A stretch of DNA of 64,000 nt from Mobula hypostoma (Eukaryota). The DNA lies in contig NC_086109.1 in the NCBI RefSeq assembly GCF_963921235.1, forward strand, positions 11,718,001-11,782,000, written 5' to 3'. Shown here piece after piece: positions 38,001-51,041 of the stretch. The notes under the pieces are model-generated. The model ran no database searches. It saw only the letters and a list, made by a program, of their open reading frames with translations, and was not told where the DNA came from. Each line of letters begins with the position of its first letter. The first letter of the stretch is position 1. The position numbers were made by a program, and so were the translations under genes.

Positions 38001-40346
38001 ATCTGCAATGTTTTCAATAGGCTGTATAAAATTCTACATCAGTAATCATTACATCCACACACACAGACACACACACAGTGCTGGAGGAACTCAACAGGTC
38101 AGGGAGAATCTATGGACCGGAAGTGTCTCGGCCCAAAACATTGCTTATTCCCCAATACTTTGTATATGTTGCTCTAGATTTCAAGCATCTGCAGTACCAC
38201 CTGTGCTTTGAATTCTGGAGTCTGTTTTGAAGCTAATGTCAAATGATGTGTTGAAGATTTCTTCCAGTCCACACTGAAGGTTTACACAGAAATGTCTGTG
38301 TACTGGTCAATGGTGGAAAACCACCTCAATTTTGACAGGTTGACAGGATCTGATGAAGGGTCCCTGCTTGAAACATTGACTGCTTATTCCAGTCCGTAGA
38401 TACTTCCTGACCTGCTGAGTTACTCCAGCTTTTGTGTGTTACTCCGGATTTACGAAGTCTGCAGAATCTTTTGTATTTGTTATTTATGCTGAATTCCATT
38501 CAACCAGGCCAGCCTATTAAGAGCATTTAGCAAAGTCTGATAACGACACTTTGAGTTAAAACCGATCAATTCAGGAGATTGGAGATTCTTAGATTCTAAC
38601 AAGTTAATTTCAGTCCACCACCCAGTCCTACCACCAACTACTTAAAGGCTCTTAGCACATTTTTAAAAATCACCAAACATAATGATTCAGTCTATCTTCT
38701 AAATACATAACATTCAGAATAATTTATTGGCAGATGATAATATTAACAGAAGACTGTATATGTAATACTTTCCATGGTCTGACATTGTCTCAAGGTGTTT
38801 CTTTTTGATGAGCAAATGCCATTTTAATGTAAGAACCCTAGCAGCTATGTGTGCACAGCAAGATCTCAGAAATTGTTATGTGCTTGTAACCAGGTTATTT
38901 TCTATGCTGTTCTCTAAGGAATAAAATGGGTTGTGGAAGGAATGACTTCTATGCTCTTAATAGTAATAGTATCATAGGTCTTTGGTTTAACATTTCTTCT
39001 GAGTGATGCTGTCTCTGGCTGCACTACACTCCTTGAAGGAAAGCACTGATACTGCCAAAAGGTGCTTGCAATAACTTGATATTTTACAGAAACTGAAATT
39101 CTTTCACAAAACAATGAATAAAAGCAATCTGTGTTCAGGAAGGAACCTCAGTATAAGAGCACTACCATGGATTTCAAAGTGCTGGTCCTATTGCATATCT
39201 GTGCACTTGTAATGCTACAGTGACACTGTAATTTCCATCGGGACCAAAAAAGTATCTGTCTATCTATTGTTTAAGAACCACCCAAGTAAAATAGGTGTAA
39301 CCCAAGGGTGCCCAGCTAGGTGTCTACAGGCCCCTCAGTTAATGGCACAAAAAGTTTGGTAACCCTGGCATAACTGAAACTTGAGTGGAACCAGGCTCTG
39401 CTGCTAATAATACTGAGCATTGTCCAAAGACATAAACTTTAGACAAACTTGGCCTATTACAAATAAAGAAGTGATTTCTCTTCATTTGAATCAGCTGAGC
39501 AGAATTATTTATAAAGAGGCTGAGTCTTTTAACTAATTGGTTGCCAACTCGTTTTACAGATGCCAGGAACTGAAATTCCCTTGTCAGCTCAAGGGCATAT
39601 AAAATTGCTTCATATAAGCCACAGCTTAATGGCTCATCATTACAAATCAGCAAAGCTGGATGTCAGACATTGCCTCTGTGTTATACAGAATTAAGCAATG
39701 TTATACTGTGTTAACTAGCAGTTAAAATCTCACTTCCCAGAAAAGAGTAACAAATGGTAACAAAAATCTTTATAATTCAGTTCTGTTATTTGAGGACATT
39801 ATAGGAACTGAAAGCTTTAGATTGGTGTTTAGATATATATTTTTTTTATCACTTATGACTCTCCACAACATTGCACATAAATTGATTTTAAAAGATCATT
39901 TTGCATTCTCAATTTTGCTCTTGACAGGAGTATTGTTATCATTTTATCTGGTTTAACATATCAGCGACTTAAATGAGGTACATTGCTGTAAATTTTACCA
40001 AATGAAGCACAATGCCCTTTTAGTCCAAGATTCTGTATGCAGTGCTTTATCTGATGAAAGAATTCAACTTGGCCATGTTTAAATTCTGGTCGCCTGGCAA
40101 TTATACCAAGTGTTTTGTTCCTCTATTGTCACTGCTGGAAAGTGGCACAGATTAACATTTCTCTGAGAGTTAAGAGAGAATTCTGTTTTGAGAGGCATCA
40201 AAAATACTGTTGCCAGAATTCCTCACAGATCTCAGTTCTGGTCAGACAGATGCAAACCTACATTACTTCTTTAACTCAATATTTCACAATACAATACTAC
40301 AGTTACCATACTTCGAAAAATCTAAATAAGATCAATGTTTTCTTAC

Positions 40347-40386
40347 CTGAGAGGAAAGTGACCAATAGTAGAAGAGTCACACCCAT
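40347..40386 (-). CDS. Gene A exon 1, signal peptide (MGVTLLLLVTFLS, phase 1)
   Basis: aaaaATGG Kozak context, donor TCAG|GTAAGA; splicing to exon 2 gives MGVTLLLLVTFLSVTYA-DITGP with a plausible cleavage site. Confidence 0.87.
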
Positions 40387-40467
40387 TTTTAATTACTGTT
40401 GTTAATTCCAGATTGCGAACAGCCTTTTTGTTTGCCCAGTCCTACTTCGGCTCTGCTGTGTCCAAAC

Positions 40468-40477
40468 TTTCACTTCC
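40468..40477 (-). promoter_or_regulatory. ETS-IRF composite element (EICE) upstream of gene A
   Basis: Minus strand GGGGAAGTGAAAGT matches GGAAnnGAAA, about 80 bp upstream of the ATG. Confidence 0.6.
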
Positions 40478-43400
40478 CCTCCACACTTGCAAGATCATGA
40501 CCTCCAAATGAAACTGAGAATAGAAAGTTCAGGTTTTGGTTTTGACAGCCCCAGAGTTTGCAGCATGTTTTGTGTGAATAAATGAGTACCAAGGCATTCA
40601 TTGTACAATACCCAGGCCAATGTGAAAGCCTAATTGTTTTCTTACTGAGCCTTGTTGGAAGAATTGTATCAACTGTTTAATTGTTCGTGCCAAAATGGCT
40701 GCTGTGAGTTTAAAAATTACAGCTTTTGCAATCTCTATTAAATAGTTCCAATCCTGCAAAATGCATTTTAAAGATGTGAATTGCTTTAATATTTGCTGAA
40801 AAAATTGTCCGTTTTCTTTCTTGGGAGTATTTGTCTATGCCTTTGTGCTTTGGAAGGTTTTGAACACTTTCATTTAAACATTCTCAGTGTTTGGAGCCAG
40901 ATAAGATAGGTTTAGGAAGGCATTTTAGGAAGAGTCTTTTTTCGCACTGTGTGTGTGAGTAGACTGAGACGAGTCTGGGTTACCCAAGGGGGTATCGGAG
41001 GTAGAAACTCTCATGAAATCTAAGAAGTGTGAGTGAAAGATGAAGGGTTTATAAGGGACCTGAGGAGCAACGTTTTCATGCAGAAGGTGGTTGTATCATT
41101 TAAAAAAGCACTTTGAGAGGTACATGGGGAGCCTGGGCTTGAAGGGATATTGTCCAAAACTGGAAATGGGGACTATCTGGGTGGACAACTTGATCAGCAT
41201 AGACTGGTTGGTCCGAAGGCTTGTGACCTTGAGCATATGAATGAGCATTTGAATTGCAAAGGCTTAGTCGACTATTTCTGTGCTGGATAACCCTATGATC
41301 TGATAAAATAATGAATTTTAAACTACAGAACATGGCAGTTCTGTAAAATTGGTACAATAGTGATTCATAATCCTGGAATGTCAACCAAGGAATTGAATTC
41401 TAGGTACTTCTAGGCAGCTGGTGAATTTAAATTCAAGTCGTTGAGTAATTAGTAATAGTGACCATGCAGCTACTGAATTGTCGTAGAATCCTTTTGGTTG
41501 ACTAATGCTATATTAGAAGGGAGTTTTATATACTCACTCTATCTCGATGAAGTGTGGCTCCACACTGATCCAAGTCATTTGCCTCTAAACATCTGCAGAG
41601 ATGAACTGGCTTCTCCAAGGCAGAAAGGATTAAATATTGTCATTACACGTTTTAGTGCCAGCATTAGAGGCTCACAATATTCAGCAGAACATGACTGTCT
41701 TGACTGCTCTTTGAAATAGCCATTCCGTGTGGAGGATGGGAAATGAATGTTTTGCTCAAGTGCTTCAAATGGTTCAATAGAATATATCAGAGAATGTGTA
41801 CAGTATACACCCTGAAATTCTTACTCTTCACACACAGTCATGAAACAAGAAGCCCCAAAGAATGAATAATAGCAAATCAGAAAGCCCCCCCTTCCAAGCA
41901 CAAGCAACAAGAAAAACATTGACCCTTCTTCCCCCCTTCTGTCAGCTGTAGCACCGAGCCCCACCTCACCATCATGCAAGCAATAGTAAAAGCCCCCCAA
42001 AGAAATCTTGATCTAGAATCCATCAAAAACTACAGTCCATAACCCAGCACTTCAGTATCTCAGTAAAGCTCTCTATCTCTTCATCATGGGAGAGAGAGGT
42101 CGCTCCTGCAGCGAGAGTGGAGACCAGCAACTTGCTGTTTCAATGTTACAACCTGATGTGTCACTCCTCCTCCCCTACCCGCAACCTGACGAGGATCGAC
42201 AGGCTCTCAACTCCATCAAAAAGAGAGAGGGATTGCTCGAGTGCAGAGGTCTTCTTCTGACAGCAGCACACACTGCCTGATGTCCTAATGTTTCAGTCTT
42301 ACGTGATGCTTCAGTCAGTGAAATCAGCGAGGATCTGGGTGGCCTACAGCATCACTCCCCAAAAGCGCATGTCTTCCAGGCCGTTTCTGAAGATAGCAAA
42401 GCAGCAAGCTATGCAGCCAGTCTGAAGAACTATAGTTTGTGCTGAAGATCATGGACTCTGACAGAACACCAACCACCTTGAAAAGAAAAGAAAGACATAA
42501 GAGACAAAGAATAAGCTGCTTTGTGGATGAACTGGGAGAAGTCGCCTGGGTCTGCAAAAACTGCTGGTGCCATCTTTTTATTTCTTAGAATTTAATTCTT
42601 AGATCAGACTGTTTAATTGTTGTTTTCTTTGCAGTCTAACAATTAAGTATTTACTTATTTTTGAAGTAGTTCTTATATGCACATAACAGTTTAATATGCC
42701 TCTGGTGGCTGTACAAAGTATAATTCTGGAAAGCTCTGGAAGCCTCTTTGTTCTACATTATTTGAGTAATTGCTTTCTCATTGATTAACTTGATACTGCA
42801 ATATTGAACAGGTGATTCCTGATTGGTTGACTCTTATCCACAAATTTAATCATATTTTTATGATCACATGACCATAAGACTCTGTTGAACATTAAGAATT
42901 TAAAATATTGCAGGTCTGCCCCATCCACGAGTTGCTCATTAATGGAGAAAGTGAAGAAGCTGGATTTGTTGTGGATCATGCTGCTGCCTATGTCAGGCAG
43001 GTGCTGGAGGAGTTGGTGTGCAAAGACAGTGTGCAATCTAACAGTATGAGATCATCTTAGTCACTTTTCTTGTGTTTGCAAGATCCTACTGTACATTGTT
43101 GATATGGAATGCTGCAAGTTTAATTCTCTGATTTATTGGCAAACAGCAGGGGCAGATGGAAGGAGAGCTGTGTGGTCTGATCCTAGTCAGGACTAGGCCT
43201 CAAGCCGCAGTGTCACCGGTTTACAGCAGCCCAGGAGAGAGGCGTTAGAGTCAATGCACTCCTTCAGAGGCAGTGTAGTGTGGCATCTAAGCTGGAGTCA
43301 GTGTTGCTCCCCAGTGTTCCCTTGGCAGAGCTCATGTGTTTGAAAGCAGATGCCTACAATATTCAAGGACTTAGCCTCCTGGGCTAAATATTTTTTGTGT

Positions 43401-44245
43401 GACTGTATTTTACTGATATCTTATATGTACTTTCTATCTTATATGAGCCTTGTACTGTGTGTGACTGTTAGTATTGTGTTTTGTACCTTGGCCCTGGAGT
43501 AATATGGTTTTGTTTGGCTGTATTCATGGGTATTTACGTATGTTGAATGACCATTAAACTTGAACTTGAACTTGAATGAAATTTTTCCTTACTTCTATGG
43601 TCGGTTGGCATCCGTCTGTCTCGAAGGACAATGGGTGATGATGATCATCATCACAAACCTGGGCAGAAGGTATGGAGATCCTGAGATGCCCAGTCATCAA
43701 GATCCCCCCTGTCAGCCTCACCAGTGTAGTCCAAAGGAAAACTTATGAAGCAATATGTTAGGAACCAGCCTGGTTGCAGAGATGACTGGAAAGATGTTCA
43801 ATGAAGTTCAGCCACATGAGGGGCTCCACTCCGGATTTGCTGTCTGGGTTTACACCCGTAGCCTTTGTCTCTTCCGAAGCTGCTCACAAGGCATTGGGGT
43901 TATTTACCCATAGCTGAGGATCTGGTTCATGAGCACCAGGACACGTCCACATACCAATGGGCCTGCGTGCTATGTGTGCAGGGGCCAGACCTCCTCCCCG
44001 TCCTCTGTAGTTCGGTCTGAATCCAAAAGGAGTTCAGTTTCCGTGTGTCGCCAGCAAGGAGGCAATGCATGAGGTTTGCTGTTGGAGAGGCTATGTACTG
44101 GCAGGGAGAGACTTACACATTCAGCTCTCCTTTTCGCAAGACTGCTAACCAACAATGGAAGCTGGAAGTGAGAGCGACAAGCACTACCCACTACACTACC
44201 ACACTAGACATGTCATAACAACCATTTTGACACCTTCTCTATGGT

Positions 44246-44559
44246 AAAGTAAAGGCATCCGTTCGTCTTGCGAGACCATGGATCTGCGCCTGGAAAGTCT
44301 TCACTCTCCAGGGCGCAGGTGTGGGCAAGGTTGTATGGAAGACCAGCAGTTGCCCATGCTGCTAGTCTCCCCTCTCCACGACACCAATGTTGTCCAAGGG
44401 AAGGGCATTAGGACCCTTACAGCTTGGCACCAGTGTCATCGCAGAGCAACGTGTGATAAAGTACCTTGCTCAAGGACACAACACGTTGCCTCGGCTGGGA
44501 CTCGAACTCACGACCTTCAGGTCGCTAGTCCAATGCCTTAACCACTTGGTCACGTGCCC
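44246..44559 (-). mobile_element. tRNA-headed SINE (partial copy at about 35400-35585)
   Basis: Minus-strand head GGGCACGTGACCAAGTGGTTAAGGC..GTTCGAGTCC with A and B boxes; body shared with the 35.4 kb copy. Confidence 0.75.
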
Positions 44560-44947
44560 ACGCTATGGTATAAAATAGATGAACACAAAGCAGTATCATT
44601 TTTAATATTAGCTTCCCCTTCACTAGTAAAGCTCTATCACTGTGTCAACTTTCCTCCATTCTATCAACTCTTAAATGATCATAAAGTAGCAAGTTTTGTG
44701 CCTCTTTCCTGACTTCTAAAACAAACTTGGATCAAAAATATCAGAATCCAAGAGTTTGAACACAGAAACAGTATTTTTATTCAGATGCACACCCCTGTGC
44801 AAAAACCACTAAGAGTTAATAAACAGGAGCAGAGAGCAATTTAAATGGCAAACAAGCATTCTGGGCTTTACTGGAAGAACATTTCAGTATAAGACTGGAG
44901 ATACTGTATCTTATATTTGAGTTTTTTAGAATATTCACTTATAAGAT

Positions 44948-45240
44948 GGAGCAGCAGGGTAGTGTGGTAGTTAGCGTAATGCTTTACAACCCCAGCTGTA
45001 AGAGCAGGATTCAATTCCTGCCACTGACTGTAAGGAGTTGATGCATTCTCCCCATGACCACGCGAGTTTCCTCTGGGTGCCCTGGCTCTCTCCCACATTC
45101 CAGAGACATGTGGGTTAGAGATAGTAAGCTGTATGCATGCTATATCGGAGCCAGAAGTATGGTGACACTTACCCCCAGCACATCCTCAGACTGTGTTGGT
45201 CAGTGATTCAAAATTACGTATTGCACTGTACGTTTTGAAG
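44948..45240 (+). mobile_element. V-SINE-like element, degenerate
   Basis: tRNA-like head and gtttcctctgggtgccctggctctctcccacattcca core. Confidence 0.65.
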
Positions 45241-45551
45241 TTTTGAGGTACATATGACAAAAAAAGCTATTCTTTAAATCTTGCTCTGATTATATAGGAC
45301 ACTGCTTAGATCTGGAGTATTTTGTAAAGCTTGGAAAAGAATTAGTGCAATGGAGGTTAGTCATTTGTTGTACAGGGCAGGTTAAGCAGCCTTTGGCTGT
45401 ATGAAAGATAATCTCATCAAAAGCATTGAAACTTTTTATTGATATTGACAACTAAGGTGCAAAGTTCATATTGACTGTTTCATGAGTCCGAAGGCAGGGG
45501 TGTGTAGTCTTAAAATAAAAAAGTTACCTTGAGATGAGATCCAGTTGGTAG

Positions 45552-46140
45552 TGTCAGGGAATGTAGAGGAGGCTTGACCCAAAATCAGGGCAGCGGAGAT
45601 GATTCAGTGATGAGCGATAAATTTAATAACAGACTCCAAAAATAATAAGCCACGCGGGGTCAATAAAGGAGAGAGAACAGATACGAAACACCACTGGCAA
45701 CAAAGTAACTGAAGGCCGGGGGCAACTGGTTGAGGCTAGCTGGTTCTGTGGGTGATAAAAGAGCTGGGTTTAAATAGGCTGCAGGTGATAAGATGGAAAC
45801 AAGTGGCAGGTGACTCCTGTTAACTGAGTGGAGGTTGGGAGGTACCTGCCTGTACAGGCCTGACAGGACCCCTATTCCCCCCACAGCCAGCACCCGATGG
45901 CCCAGGATGATCCACATGGGTCCTGTGGAACTCCTTGATGAGCGATGGATCCAAGATGAAAGTGGATCACATCCAGGGTCTCTCCGGGGTGTATCCCTCC
46001 CAGTTGACCAGGTACTGCACACCCTATCCATCAACCTACAAGCTGTGTACGTTGGACCACCTTTCACCGTCCTAGGTTCTGGCAGTGCAGGCTCAGGTGG
46101 GTTAAGTGGCCCATGAACAACAGGCATGAGGAAACATGGA
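45552..46140 (-). mobile_element. Chromodomain-bearing Gypsy (chromovirus-like) 3' end: integrase tail and chromodomain, PPT and a 314-bp LTR (45552-45865)
   Basis: PEPRTVKGGPTY then, after a frameshift, VQYLVNWEGYTPERPW..ILDPSLIKEFHR; purine tract before TGTCAGG; LTR ends CCTGACA. Confidence 0.85.
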
Positions 46141-46269
46141 ATGTTGGTGTGATCCTGAAGGGTAGTGGCAGCTGGAGATGGATGAGTGACTGAATTTATG
46201 CAATGGGTAACCTTGAAGGAACCAATAAACTGGAGCATTGCTTGTAGGAGCTGGTGCGCACGGTTTGAT

Positions 46270-46560
46270 CGTTAGGTGCAAAGCCAGACAATTTAGAACG
46301 GAGTTGAGGAAAAACTTTTTCACACAGAGGGTTCTGGTTCTGTGGAATGCTTTGCCTCAGAAGGCAGAGAGGCCAATTCTCTGGATTCTTTCAAGAAAGA
46401 GTTAGATAGAGCTCTTAAAGATAGCGGAGTGAAGGGGATACGGGGAGAAGGCAGGAAAAGGGTACTGATTGTGGATGATCAGCCATGATCATAGTGAATG
46501 GTGGTGCTGGCTCGAAGGGCTGAATGGCCTACTCCTGCACCTATTGTCTATTGTCTATTG
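46270..46560 (+). mobile_element. CR1 LINE 3' end with (ctattgt)n tail
   Basis: tttagaacggagttgaggaaaaactttttcacacagagg..cctactcctgcacctattgtctattgtctattg. Confidence 0.85.
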
Positions 46561-46687
46561 TCAGACAGAGTATCCAGGCTAGAGTAGTATGGCTGACACA
46601 AAATAATCTGCAGATGCTGGGATCAAAGCAACACTCACAACACGCTGGAGGAACTCAGCAGGTCGGGCAGCATCCGTGGAAAAGACC

Positions 46688-46723
46688 GGTCGACGTTTCG
46701 GGCCGGAACCCTTCGTCAGGACT
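46688..46723 (-). ncRNA. Minimal hammerhead ribozyme motif, intact core
   Basis: Minus strand agtc-CTGACGA-agggttccggccc-GAAA-C-GTC-gacc within a Penelope terminal-repeat derivative. Confidence 0.72.
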
Positions 46724-49007
46724 GTAGAGGGAAGGGGCAGAGGCCCTATAAAGAAGGTGGGGGGAGTAGCATGGTTGGCTATTGCTGGTGGTTGGCCTTG
46801 CAGCAGCAGGTGCAGTTGGAAGCTAGTGTGGACTCTAGCCATTCGAGCCCTCTTCCAGCCATTCTAGTAGCAGCAAAACAGGTCTCAGGGACTGTGGGAG
46901 AAAGGGAAGGAGGAGGGGCATCAGAGGAGGTGATAGGCAGGCCAGAAGATGAGAAGTGTTAAGGGGGAGAGCCAGAATAAGGAATGGAAAAAGAAAAGGG
47001 GGAAGAGGAAGAAATCACCAGAAGTTTGAGAAATCAATGTTCAAACTTTGATCAAAAATCAAAGTTTATTAAAGGCTAAATCAGGGACAGGGGTCTGAAA
47101 GTCTGACCCCTGCTTCAATTACTTATGCTGTGAGTCACCAGACCATGCCTCTGAATCATAAGCTGAAGTCACAAACTATCATAACTCAAAATGTACCTCG
47201 ATCTCCCTGATCAGCTATGGGAACACCTTTGCCAAAAAGGCTGCAGTGGTTCAAGTGGATATCTACCCACCACTTTATTAAGGACAATAAATTCTGTCCT
47301 TATCAGCAACCCCTAGATCCCCAAAATCACAAACCAAAAAAAACCCAGAGTGACTATAGTGAGGAAGTTCACTATATGTCAGCTCAGCAATAGCTTAGAC
47401 AGATTGCTTGAAGAAGTGGTGATATTTAAAAAAAACAATTGTATGCTGATTTGTTTCTATTAAGTAATTTAACTACAGATCCCATTTTATTAAGTGCTGT
47501 GTATTCAGAAACTGCTTTACTGAAGAATGAATACTTTTGCAGCAGTGGCTTGCTTTAATTAAACTGACTACAAGCATGGCATACGAAGAAATACTGGTGT
47601 TATGCACAATGATGAAGTTAATTCCTAGCACTAAGTTTCAGAGATCTGTAGCTGCTTGCAGGGTGCATCAGCAATCTTAGTGCTGTGTCGATAAAGTGAC
47701 TTCCACCTTTTGCTCCAAAGAATGAAGAAGTGGTTTCTGACTTCCCAAGGCAGTCAACTTCAGCTGTAATTATGTCCTGCCAGACATAAGATTATTGTAG
47801 TATTATATCGGTAGCAGAATCAGATTTACTATGCCATGCCATTAAATTTCATGTAATTCCAAGGAAATCTTCTATTGTCCTTCTGCATACCAGAGAATCC
47901 TCGCAGGTAAATGCCATTAAACTGTGAAAGAAGATCAGAAGACGTCTTGAAAATTTTACAGTCTTGATTACACAATGAAAGGCAGAAAGGCTTTTGAAAA
48001 TTCAAATTGACAATGCAGAAGACTAATTAATCAGTAATTTGGCAGACTGGTGTTCATCACACCAGCCTACCCACCATCAAGTACATAGAAACGGAGAGGT
48101 GCCGGAAAAGCTCCAGTAGCGTTATGAAGGATCCCACCCACTCTGCTCACGGACCGTTTGTCCCACTCCCTTCAGGGAGGAGGCCGCAAAGCCTCCATGC
48201 CAGGACCACCAGTTACTTCCCCCAAGCTGTAAGGCTGATCAACTGCTCCACCTACTAACCCACCCCTTCACACTTCCAACCACCACTACTTTATCATTTC
48301 CTGTCATTCACCTAATGTACAGAGACTCCCATACCTAGTGTCACTTTATGGACAGACTATAGCTATCAGTCTATGTATATAGACTAATAGACAATGTTAT
48401 ATTTTATATATATAGTGTTTTTAATTATTAATGAATTCCTATCTTATTGTGTTTTTTGTGCTGCACTGGATCTGGAGTAAAAATTATTTAGTTCTCATTT
48501 ACATTTGTGTACTGAAATTGACATTAAACAATCCTGGATTTTGAATCTTAAATTATTAGCTATTATGCAGAAGCCAGTCATAACCACTGTTATGAACTGT
48601 CATCATTGTTATTCATTTTTGGCTATTGTCTATAAGGAGTTTATATGTTCTTCCCGTGAGCGTGTGGGTTTCCTCTGGGTTCTCCGATTTCTTCCCATGT
48701 TCCAAAGACACACCAGTTGGTGGGTTAATTGGTTAATTGGTCATTGTACATTTTGTCCCGTGACTAGACTAAGGTTAAATCAGGGGTTGCTGGGTGGTAC
48801 GACTCAAAGGGCCGGAAGAAATAAGAAATAACATGTAAAATAAGCTAATTTGAAATTTGTAAGTCCAGAAAACGCACGAAGTGTGAAGCATTTCCCCTCA
48901 GTAATTAGGGACAAGGGGTTGAAACTGGGACAGAGGCATTGCCGTGGTGAAGCTCCACCCCCATTCATTGAAAACAAAACAAGGTGCAAGTTGATAAAAT
49001 TCAATTG

Positions 49008-49013
49008 TTTATT
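49008..49013 (-). terminator. Probable poly(A) signal of gene B
   Basis: AATAAA on the minus strand followed by T/GT-rich sequence (cttgttttgttttc). Confidence 0.5.
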
Positions 49014-49539
49014 GATATTTTAGGTCTTGGAGCTGTGGGGACCAACTACACTGATGCTCCTATTGAGAAGACCAGCATTGGCTCTCTTACTCTTAGAGAA
49101 GTAAGTTCCTTTGCTTCCTACAATAAATCCAAAAGGTGGTCATCACAACTTGAGGAGTCCCCTTAAGTGTAATTGAAGCTAAAATACATGGTGGTAGGTT
49201 TGTAGCCCTGGACTTTCCTTACAGACTGGTTCCCCACCATTTCTGCTTTCCAGCCCCCAGCTATGGGTCTAATTGAGATTATTGGAAGTTCCATTTTACA
49301 CAGCAAGACACCAGTGTGCAACATTTTCCCTGTGTGCTGTATTTCCCTAGTATTGGGGAGCAGAGACGCAGCAAGATGATCAGCGGTTTTGACAGCACAG
49401 CATCCGTGCGCCAGTCCATGATGTGTGCGTGGTGAATCCGAACACGTCGAGGATAGTTCTTGCTCTTTAGTTAGCTGTATAGTCTTGAAGGTGTTGGTGA
49501 GTTATGGAGCAGCTGTGTAATGTAGCAGACCCTTACACC
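49008..49539 (-). other. Probable non-coding 3' UTR exon of gene B
   Basis: Strong acceptor ttctttgtttttgtcttccag| at 49540; pairs with the donor 14 nt after the gene B stop; non-repetitive sequence ending at AATAAA. Confidence 0.55.
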
Positions 49540-49749
49540 CTGGAAGACAAAAACAAAGAATGACTCATATCTTGCAAAGCAGAATGCGAGCTTTGTGTTC
49601 CATCAATTTCCCCTTAACAATCATTAATTTAAGCACATGCTGATTAAAAGGCACTATTGTGTTAATGAATAAAATCAGAGAGTGCAAGATACCCAGCAGG
49701 TCAAGGAACTGACAGCCTGTCTGTAAATCCTATTGAAAGTTTTACAAGA

Positions 49750-50620
49750 AAATTTTGCAGATGACATAAAGTTGGTGGTGTTGGGTAGAGTAAAAGTTTG
49801 TCGTAAGTTACAATAGGACATAGACAGAATGCAGAGCTGGGCTGAGAAAAGACAGATGGAGTTCAATCCAGAGAGGTGTGAAGTGATCCACTTTGGAAGG
49901 TTCAAACCTGAAGGCAAGACTTTTAGCACAATGAAGAAACAGAGAGATCTTGCTGTGCATATCCATAGGTCCCTCAAAGTTGCCCTGCAAGTTGTTAGGG
50001 TGGTTAAGAAGGCATAAGCCTTCATTAGTCAGAAGACTGAGTTCAAGAGCCACTAAGTAATGATGAAGCTCCATAAAACCACACTTGGAGTATTGTGTTC
50101 TGTTCTGGCCACTTCATTATAGGAAGGATGTGGAAGTTTTAAAGAGGGTGCAGAGGAGATTACCAGGATGCTGCCTGGATTAGAGAGCACGTTTTATAAG
50201 GGAAGGTTGAGTGAGCCAGGGCTTTTCTCTTTGGAGTGAAGGAGGATGAGAAGTAACTTGCTAGAGATTTATAAATGACAAGAGGCATAGGTGGAGTGGA
50301 TAGCCAGCACCTTTTTCCCACGGTGGCAATGGCTAATAGGAAAGGGTTTAATTTTAAGGTGATTGGAGAAAAGTGTAGTAGGAAGGATGTTAGAGGTAGG
50401 TTTTTTTTACATAGAAAATGGGGATGGGTGCATGGAACACACTGCCAGGGATGTTCGTATAGACAGATACTTTAAGGACACTTAAGAGAGGCTTACTAAC
50501 GGATGAAAGAAAAATAGTTATGTGGGAGGGAAAGGTTAGATTGATCTTGGAGTATTTTAAAAGATCGTCACAACATCATGGACTGAAGGACCTTTACTGT
50601 GCTGTACTGTTCTATGATCT
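49750..50620 (+). mobile_element. CR1 LINE 3' fragment, degenerate
   Basis: FADD remnant and ORF 49829-50017 WAEKRQMEFNPERCEVIHFGR. Confidence 0.82.
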
Positions 50621-51041
50621 TTGTTCTAAGTCCACGGTAAGTCTGCAGTTGGAGGCATTAAAAACACATTAGTTATGTCAAGCTGTAATCAAAGAAGAAA
50701 GAAAGAGGATTTGTTTCACAGCAAAGTGCTCCCTCATTTTGATCAACACAGATATGGAATCATTCATGGCATAGGCGTAGCTGGAGTGTATTCAGTCCAT
50801 TGCATGCGATTTAAACTTTGGAGAAACTACTGTTTTAATAGAAACAATTTAAATGCCATTGGTACTTCATAATTGGCAAATGCTTACTTCCAAGGTCTAT
50901 GGTCTATTTACAGTGTTGTGTTTTCATTTCAGAAGTATTTATGAAGATGTTTTCAAAGAATAGCTCTTAGATGTTCTTAAGGATAAACCTGTAAGTACGG
51001 AAACAATCAATTAGAAAGAAACCTTACCAGGTTTTCTTTGT

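Noticed and set aside
39167-39262. Plus-strand ATG with hydrophobic codons (MDFKVLVLLHICALVML)
   Set aside because: It stops after 18 codons and overlaps a LINE 3' tail ending in (atct)n.
39734-39773. Leader-like 40-nt segment (IKIFVTICYSFLG, donor GTGAG) near the gene A leader
   Set aside because: It begins with ATA, has upstream in-frame stops and matches the real leader at only 16 of 40 nt; likely chance.
44490-44559. tRNA gene
   Set aside because: The A and B boxes are the head of a SINE whose body is repeated elsewhere; no complete acceptor stem.
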